A stretch of 64,000 bases of DNA from the human T2T-CHM13v2.0 reference genome, Homo sapiens. The stretch lies in NCBI RefSeq assembly GCF_009914755.1, contig NC_060938.1; one strand, 5' to 3'. The notes under the pieces were generated by a model. The model was not told where the DNA came from. It was given only the letters and a program-made list of their open reading frames with translations, and made no database searches. This document shows positions 56,379 through 64,000 of this stretch, in pieces. The position numbers and the translations under genes were made by a program. Within the stretch, counting starts at the first letter, position 1, and each line of letters starts with the position of its first letter.

Positions 56379-56459
56379 CTCTCTCTCTTTCTCTCTCTCT
56401 CTTTTCCTTCCTTCCTTCCTTCCTTCCTTCCTTCCTTCCTTCCTTCCTTCCTTCTTTCT

Positions 56460-56462
<3 letters not shown>
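56256..56462. repeat. Compound (TTTC)n/(TC)n/(TTCC)n STR expanded from an Alu tail
   Basis: About 200 bp near-pure pyrimidine tract. Confidence 0.95.
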
Positions 56463-56745
<283 letters not shown>

Positions 56746-57329
56746 AGTTATTCATAAAAAAATGAAATATACCTCAAATTAATGAACATATAAATGAGTA
56801 TAAATGTTTATACATTTATTAATTTGAGGTATATTTGAAAAGCAAGGATCAATGGAGAGAAGGTCTCATTTTTGTTGTCATCTCTTCTGCTCTGTACTCA
56901 GAATGGAAGCACAGAAGCTGGTTTTAATAGTTAAGAGCTGTATGGTCCATCTCTGTGCTAGAAGCTGGAGACCAATGTGAGTAATAGTCAAAGTTCTTGT
57001 CTCATCTTGGGTGTTTTGTTTAAAGGTTTATAGTGCATTAACAAAAAATATGAAATATAATCCAATAAGGCCATGAGTAGCCCAGGGATAAATATGGAAT
57101 GGATGTGGAATGTTACACTGAGGGATGCTTATATGAAAAGCATGTCCTGTATTATTAAGAAAGGTAATAATGAGGGGATATGGTATTGTGAGGATGAGTG
57201 TATATACAAATTAGAGATATCAAGGCTCCTCTTGGGGTTTTGTGAGTGATAGTGTTTAAAAGTTATTAATGGTGAATTAATGAAGTAATAAATAATGTAA
57301 CAATGAATGAAGAGCACCAGAGCTAATCC

Positions 57330-57400
57330 TGGATCAATCATGACTACTGGTATTGGATGGGTCTTCGTCAGTGAATGCCTATCTGGAACTCTGAGGTCCA
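57330..57400 (+). ncRNA. SNORD114-30: Box C/D snoRNA, SNORD114 family (divergent)
   Basis: TGGATCAATCATGA...CTGAGGTCCA. Confidence 0.82.
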
Positions 57401-57590
57401 TCAGAAAAGAAATATAGTGTTTTCCCTCTTTTGGAAGTGATCCTATAGACAGACGTCAGGAATATGCAAGGGTCTTGTTTTTGCTCTTTGTGAGCACGAG
57501 TTTTCAATCTATTATTATAATTCAATCAATGAAGGAACCACTAAACAAATATACAAATAAAGTATGTTGGATGCGACTAAGCGTTCTCTA

Positions 57591-57964
<374 letters not shown>

Positions 57965-58646
57965 TTATTTATTTAGTTAGGGATGTTATAGACAGTGGTA
58001 AATAATAATGAATGTTTATGCTTTGTGTCAGTGGTGTGACTGATACTGTCTGGCTATGTAGAGTAAATAAAATATATGTTATCTCAAATAACCTATGTGA
58101 CTGAATCAGTGGAAGATAGAATGCAAAGAGTAATGCAGATAATGTCTTAATCTTTTCTGATCATCTCTTGTGCTCTGTACTCCTCAAAATAAACACACTC
58201 TGGCTGATTTTATCATTCTTTTTTAATGGTAAGATCCATGGTTGCGTCTATGTGTTATATGGTGTGTGGAGACCAATGTGAGTGACAGTCAACATTCTTG
58301 GTTTCAGTGTTTTTTAAAAAAGATATTCGTAGTATTATTAAGAAGTGTTAAATACAATCATTGAAGGTAAACTCTGGCCCATTTGTAAAAATAGGATTAA
58401 TATAAAGCATTATGTTGATTAATGTATATATATAAAACATTGAATTTAACTAATGAAAACATTGAATTTAATTAATGAAAGAGGTGTATTGCTGTGAGTA
58501 ATATTGACATAGACAGATATAAGAGCTATTTAAGGATTTTACTCACAAGTTTTTGTGACTCTTAGGTAATTATTTTATTGTTAGTGAACTGATAAATTAA
58601 TCAATAAAAACACGTAGACACGAATTAAGAAAAGGAGGTCCAAGCT

Positions 58647-58720
58647 TGAGCAAGCGATGACAGCCGGTGGTGTGTGAGTCATGGAGGATGAATACTAAGT
58701 GCCTGGAACTCTGAGGTTCA
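58647..58720 (+). ncRNA. SNORD114-31: Box C/D snoRNA, SNORD114 family (divergent box C)
   Basis: TGAGCAAGCGATGA...CTGAGGTTCA. Confidence 0.82.
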
Positions 58721-59667
58721 ATATAATAGAAATCTAATCTATTCCTCTGTTGAAAAAAATCCTTTAGATAGATGTTAGTGATATCAAGGCTGTTTGCTTC
58801 CAATTTTACAGTTCATGGATTGTGATTGTGTTAATATAAATGAATTAATGAAAGAATCAAACAAAGATTTGAATGATTAAACATGAAGAGAGAGAGAGGC
58901 ATATTCTAATTGTTAACATATGTGGCAAGGAAAGAAATACTATTAATTAATTTGGAATGGATAATAAATGGGCCAGTGGTTTTTAACTCTCTGGCTAAGA
59001 ATCATAGAGCCACTGATAGAGCAATAGCACTGATTATTAGTTATCAAAGGCTATGTGATTTTTAGGTCAATTCTCAGGTCAACTGGGTCAATTGTAAGTT
59101 CAATATTTATTTTATTAAGGGGGAAATAAGCAAATATTAACAAATCAATAAATACCAACTGACAGAGTAAATGGAAGGTAGAATGAAAAAATTAATGGAT
59201 AGAAAATCTCAAATTTTGTCTTCTGCTCTTCCTTGTAATCCTCAGAACAGTCACTCCCTGCACTGATTCTGCCATGACCACTTGCTCTATGGTTGTTTTA
59301 AGGAACCTACAGACAAATGTGAGTAATCGTCAAAGTTCTTGTCTTGGTTTGGGCCATTTAAGAGTGGTCAATGCATTATTAATAAGTAGAAAATATAATT
59401 AAAGAAGACTAACCGTGTCCCCAAAATGAACATGGGGTTGATATGAAACATTTTGTTGAGTAATGCATGTTTGAAACAATCAGGTCAGTTCAAGAAACAT
59501 GTCTAATTTCTGTAGGAACTGCTCTACAGATAGACAACAGGGTTATCACAGCTCTTGTCCTATTTTTTTTCTGATTCATGTCTATTTCTTTATTATAAAG
59601 TAGTAAATTAATAAATAAATGAAATAGACAAAGTCTAAATGAAAAAAATGATTGATGGTCTGTGGCC

Positions 59668-59740
59668 TGGCCCAGAGATGATGACTCGTGGGTATGAGTC
59701 AAGGATGATGAGTAATAGGAGTCAGGAAGTTTAAGCTCCG
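59668..59740 (+). pseudogene. Degenerate terminal SNORD114 copy
   Basis: TGGCCCAGAGATGATGACTCGTGGGTATGAGTCAAGGATGATGAG...TTTAAGCTCCG; box D lost. Confidence 0.7.
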
Positions 59741-59813
59741 ATATAAAAGAAATCTAGCCTATTGATCAGTTGGAAATGATCCTGTAGACAGTAGTTAAAA
59801 ATATTCAGTTATC

Positions 59814-60170
<357 letters not shown>

Positions 60171-61075
60171 TTAATGCGTGAAGAACTCAAGTAAAAGAAA
60201 TAAGTGAATAAAAACATGGCCACACCTGGACCAACTATAACATGTGTAATGAAGCAAGTCACAGTACTGATCTATTGCTCAGGGAGTGGGAATTGTGTCA
60301 GATTTTTAATCTCTCAGAATGAGAAACATGTAGACAAATGTATGAGCTGTCCATGTTTATATTGAGTTGTCTTTGGTTTCCTGGTTGTCTTATCCTTAAC
60401 TAGGGATGTTGTTTATATAAATAGAAAGCTATTTTTAAAGAGGGCCAGTGACAATAATTTGTTCTATAACAAGAGCTATTGTGCTCACTAAATTCCATTA
60501 CAAAGTGACATCATCTGTTATTACTTTGGTAATGATCAACTATGCATGTGCTACGATGATCCATGCTGTAGTTTAGATCATGTGTAAGGATACTGATTTT
60601 ATCTTAATAATGAACAAATGCTTAAGTTAATAATAATCAATTAGCTAAAAAGGATAAAGCAAGGGCCAGTAGCAAACATGTCTGGAAATGATGGTTGTGA
60701 TGTAACTGGGTCCGGAGAGTGTATTCTTCTTAAGGCAAGTATTTTGGCTCTTACAAGTGTTTGCATAATTAGGCTATACATAGACGCACAGTATCAGACA
60801 CATTCTGGGTTTCTGAGGGTTTACATATGTTCTGTTTCTTTACAAAGAATGAATAATTCGCCAAATTGGTTTGTGAATGAGTGAATGAAGTGATAGCAAG
60901 CACTGTTCATTGGTATGAAATTGCTCTGAAACAAGTATTTAGATGAATCTAATTGTGCATATGGGAGGTCCAAAGATTTAGGTTGTTGAGTGCATGGGTG
61001 GAGGCATTGAAGCTGACGTGTTTTGTAGAGAACTCTCATTCTTGATTCAGATGTTGGATTCAAAGGCGTCCATTT

Positions 61076-62095
61076 ATTTTATTTAAGTTCTGGGGTACAT
61101 GTGCAGGATGTGCATGTTTGTTACATCGGTAAACATGTGTCATGGTGGTTTGCTGCACCTATCAACTCATCACCTAGGTATTAAGCCTGGCATGCATTAG
61201 CAGTTTTTCCTGATGCTCTCCCCACCCTCCCCTGACAGGCGCCAGTGTGTGTTGTTCCCCTCCTGTGTCCATGTGTTCTCATTGTTCAGCTCCCACTTAT
61301 AAGTGAGAACATGCAGTGTTTTGTTTTCTGTTCCTGCATTAGTTTGCTGAGGATAATGGCTTCCAGCTTCATCCATGTCCCTGCAAAGCACATGCTCTCA
61401 TCCCTTTAATGGCTGCATAGTATTCCATAGTGTATATGTATCACATTTTCCTTATCCAGTATTTGGGTTGATTCCATGTCTTTGCTATTGCGAATAGTGC
61501 TGCAATGAACATACATGTGCATGTATCTTTATAATAGAATGATTTCTATTCCTTTGGGTTATATACCCAGTAATGGAATTGCTGGGTCAAATGGTATTTC
61601 TGCTTCTAAATCTTTGAGGAATCACTACACTGTCTTCCATAATGGTTGAACTAATTTATATTCCCACCAACAGTGTAAAATCATTCTTATTTCTCTTTAA
61701 CTTCATCGGCATCTGTTTTTTCTTGACTTTTTAATAATCACCATTCTGACTGGTAGGAGATGGTGTCTCACTGTGGTTTTGATTTGTATTTCTCTGATGA
61801 TCAGTGATGTTGAGCCTTTTTTCTTGTTTGTTGGCTGCATGTATGTCTTCTTTTGAGAAGTGTTTGTTCATGTCCTTTGCCCATTTTTTAATGGGGTTGT
61901 TGGTTTTTTTCTTGTGAATTTGCTTAAGTTCCTTGTAGATTCTGGATATTAGACCTTTGTCAGATGGATAGATTGCAAAAATTTTCTCCCATTCTGTAGG
62001 TTGTCTCTTCACTCTGATGATAGTTTCTTTTGCTGTGCAGAAACTCATTAGTTTAATTAGATTCCACATGTCAATTTTTGCTTTTGTTGCAATTG
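61076..62095 (-). mobile_element. 5'-truncated L1PA element (about 1 kb) with TSD
   Basis: L1 3' UTR and ORF2 C-terminus (ORF 61731-62108: [28 protein letters not shown]); TSD caaaggcRtccattt at 61061-61075 and 62096-62110. Confidence 0.95.
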
Positions 62096-63877
62096 CAAAG
62101 GCATCCATTTTAAATGCAAAATTAATAATTGAATTAATGTGACAAAAAAGAGGGTTTTCTGGCCAGTTGTAAAAAGAGCATGACCCAATTATAAAAATTA
62201 ATCTAAACTTGCTCTCCTTTCATTTATTAGAATATTAGAGCACAGTCAAAATTTAGGATGTTTCATTCTTTTTACCATTTGCATTCTACCCTCCAGAATG
62301 GATTATCATTGGTGAAGATCTTAGCTGGTAAGTCTCTGGGAAAAAGGCTATAGACCTATACAAATAATGCCCAAAGTTCTTGTCCTTTGGTGGGGTGTTT
62401 ACTCAGAGGTATTCATTGTATTATAAAATAATGCATAAATGACTACATCTATATACAGAATTAAAAAAGAACAGGGATGAGAGTGTGTTACACACCAATA
62501 ATTAGAATGAGTCCAATCAGAACATCTGTGGAATTATATATTTTTAATATCCCAAAACACTGAGTTTTATGAATAAATTAATAAATCAGGAATGTTCCTT
62601 CTTTTGGTAAGTATCATATAGACAAAGAATAGTAATAGTCAACGTTTTTGTTCTGGGAGAATGGTGAGTTCAAGTTTGTCTTGTTAAGAGAAACAAATAA
62701 ATAATTTCACAAATTTATCAATACCTAATTATAAATAGCTAAGCAAATTAACGGGGGAAACATGGATCAATTGAAAGAATTTTTGATATTTTCACTCCCT
62801 TTTTGTAAGGAATATTCCTGCATATTTTGTGTATACATTTTTAAAGGTATAAAAGAATACATGTTTATTTTTCCTTTTTTTCACCATCTGCTTTCAGTTC
62901 CATAGAAGGAACACACTTATCACTACAGTGATTCTGTAATGATGAAGACCTTTATGGGTCAGTGTGAGTAATGATCCAAGTTCTTGTCATTGTTGGGATG
63001 GTCCATTTAGGGTATTTAGTGTATGATAAAATAATACGTAATATAATCAATGAAGGCTACAGAAAAACCAATGATAAGATTGTATTATAAATCAAGGTTC
63101 ATGATGACTACTGTTTTGCACAACAGAAGCCCTTTTTAAAAGAAGAGCTCTACATTTTTAGCTCTGTGGGTATGGAATATGGAGTCAGATGTATGTAACT
63201 CTCATAGGTTTTATGTTGGGTGGTTCATTTAAGGGTATTCCTGATATTGTTAAAATGGATAATATGTTAATTAATAAGATGGAGCTCCATTCACGAACCA
63301 GAGATAACAATGTGGCATAAATCATTGTTTGTGTTCAATTTCTACGATGGTTACTTCACGTTTACTAAGTCGAAACCTAAATCTAGGTCTTTTCAGTTGG
63401 TAATTTCCTCTTTCATTTGGTAATATCATCTACAGGATGGGTAGACCAGAGCTGATTAAATTATTCTCCCATTGATGAGGAACTTTACCTTATCCCTCAG
63501 AGTAAGGAGAATGTCATATAATGTAAGTAATAAAGTTCTTGAGTTGGGTTGTTGGTTCATGATTTCTACTGTCATTTAAAAAGATAATTAAATTTTAAAA
63601 GGTCATACTAGGCCTATGATGAGAATGTGTTATGGACCGAAATTAATCCAATTTAGCACAAATGAAGTGTAAGAAAAAATTTAGCTTTCCCATTCATTTT
63701 CAATAGTTAAATGTCACATTGTATGTTTGTCTCATTGATTATTTAAAGACTCTTCTCTTGATAAAGGCTGTTACTCATTTATGGAGTCAGTATTCTAGTT
63801 GTTGAGTAGGATGGTGGTTCAAGTTTGTTCATTTGATATCTAAAAGTTGTTCAAATTAAATGTAGAGGGGCCATGTC

Positions 63878-63951
63878 TGGACCAATGATGTGAATGGAAT
63901 GCATCTGAATAAAAATTATGATCAATCAGTTTTTGGAACAACTGAGGTCCA
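63878..63951 (+). ncRNA. Candidate intact box C/D snoRNA, SNORD112/113-related, outside the numbered series
   Basis: Perfect TGGACC/GGTCCA stem, box C ATGATGT, D' CTGA 63905-63908, C'-like ATGATCA, box D CTGA 63942-63945; 355 nt downstream of an intact donor at 63523. Confidence 0.65.
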
Positions 63952-64000
63952 CTGCAAAATGAAGAACTAATATGTAAACCTTTGTGGGAATAATGTCAGG

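Noticed and set aside
63889-63904. Guide GTGAATGGAATG resembling satellite (GGAAT)n as a possible target clue
   Set aside because: The match is only about two repeat units, which is expected by chance, and nothing else supports it.

Overview
Human, AT-rich, non-coding DNA that I recognise as the imprinted 14q32 DLK1-DIO3 domain. It is the 3' part of the MEG8 host transcript carrying tandem box C/D snoRNA arrays on the + strand: SNORD113-4 to -9 (about 1.9-11.1 kb) and SNORD114-1 to -31 (about 15.3-58.7 kb). Family identity is read directly from the sequence (terminal stem TGGAYC...GGTCCA, box C RTGATGA, box D CTGA). Member numbers come from my recall of reference sequences plus order and should be checked. 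There is no credible protein-coding gene: the ORFs are L1-, Alu- or microsatellite-derived, or chance. The cluster itself is well known. Less obvious structure visible here: (1) each ~0.95 kb SNORD114 unit is a tetramer of a ~240 bp snoRNA-bearing monomer, with one live snoRNA, decayed 'ghost' copies and a repeated ~85 nt micro-exon; (2) an intact, unnumbered C/D snoRNA candidate at 63878-63951 sits in a slot that is dead elsewhere; (3) dead splice sites predict two-snoRNA introns (sno-lncRNA candidates); (4) a 315 bp inverted duplication lies inside an Alu and is antisense to a broken snoRNA; (5) there are fold-back palindromes and a tiny AluYa5-type insertion. Interspersed repeats include L1, Alu, MER3, MER5A, MER1B and an LTR fragment.
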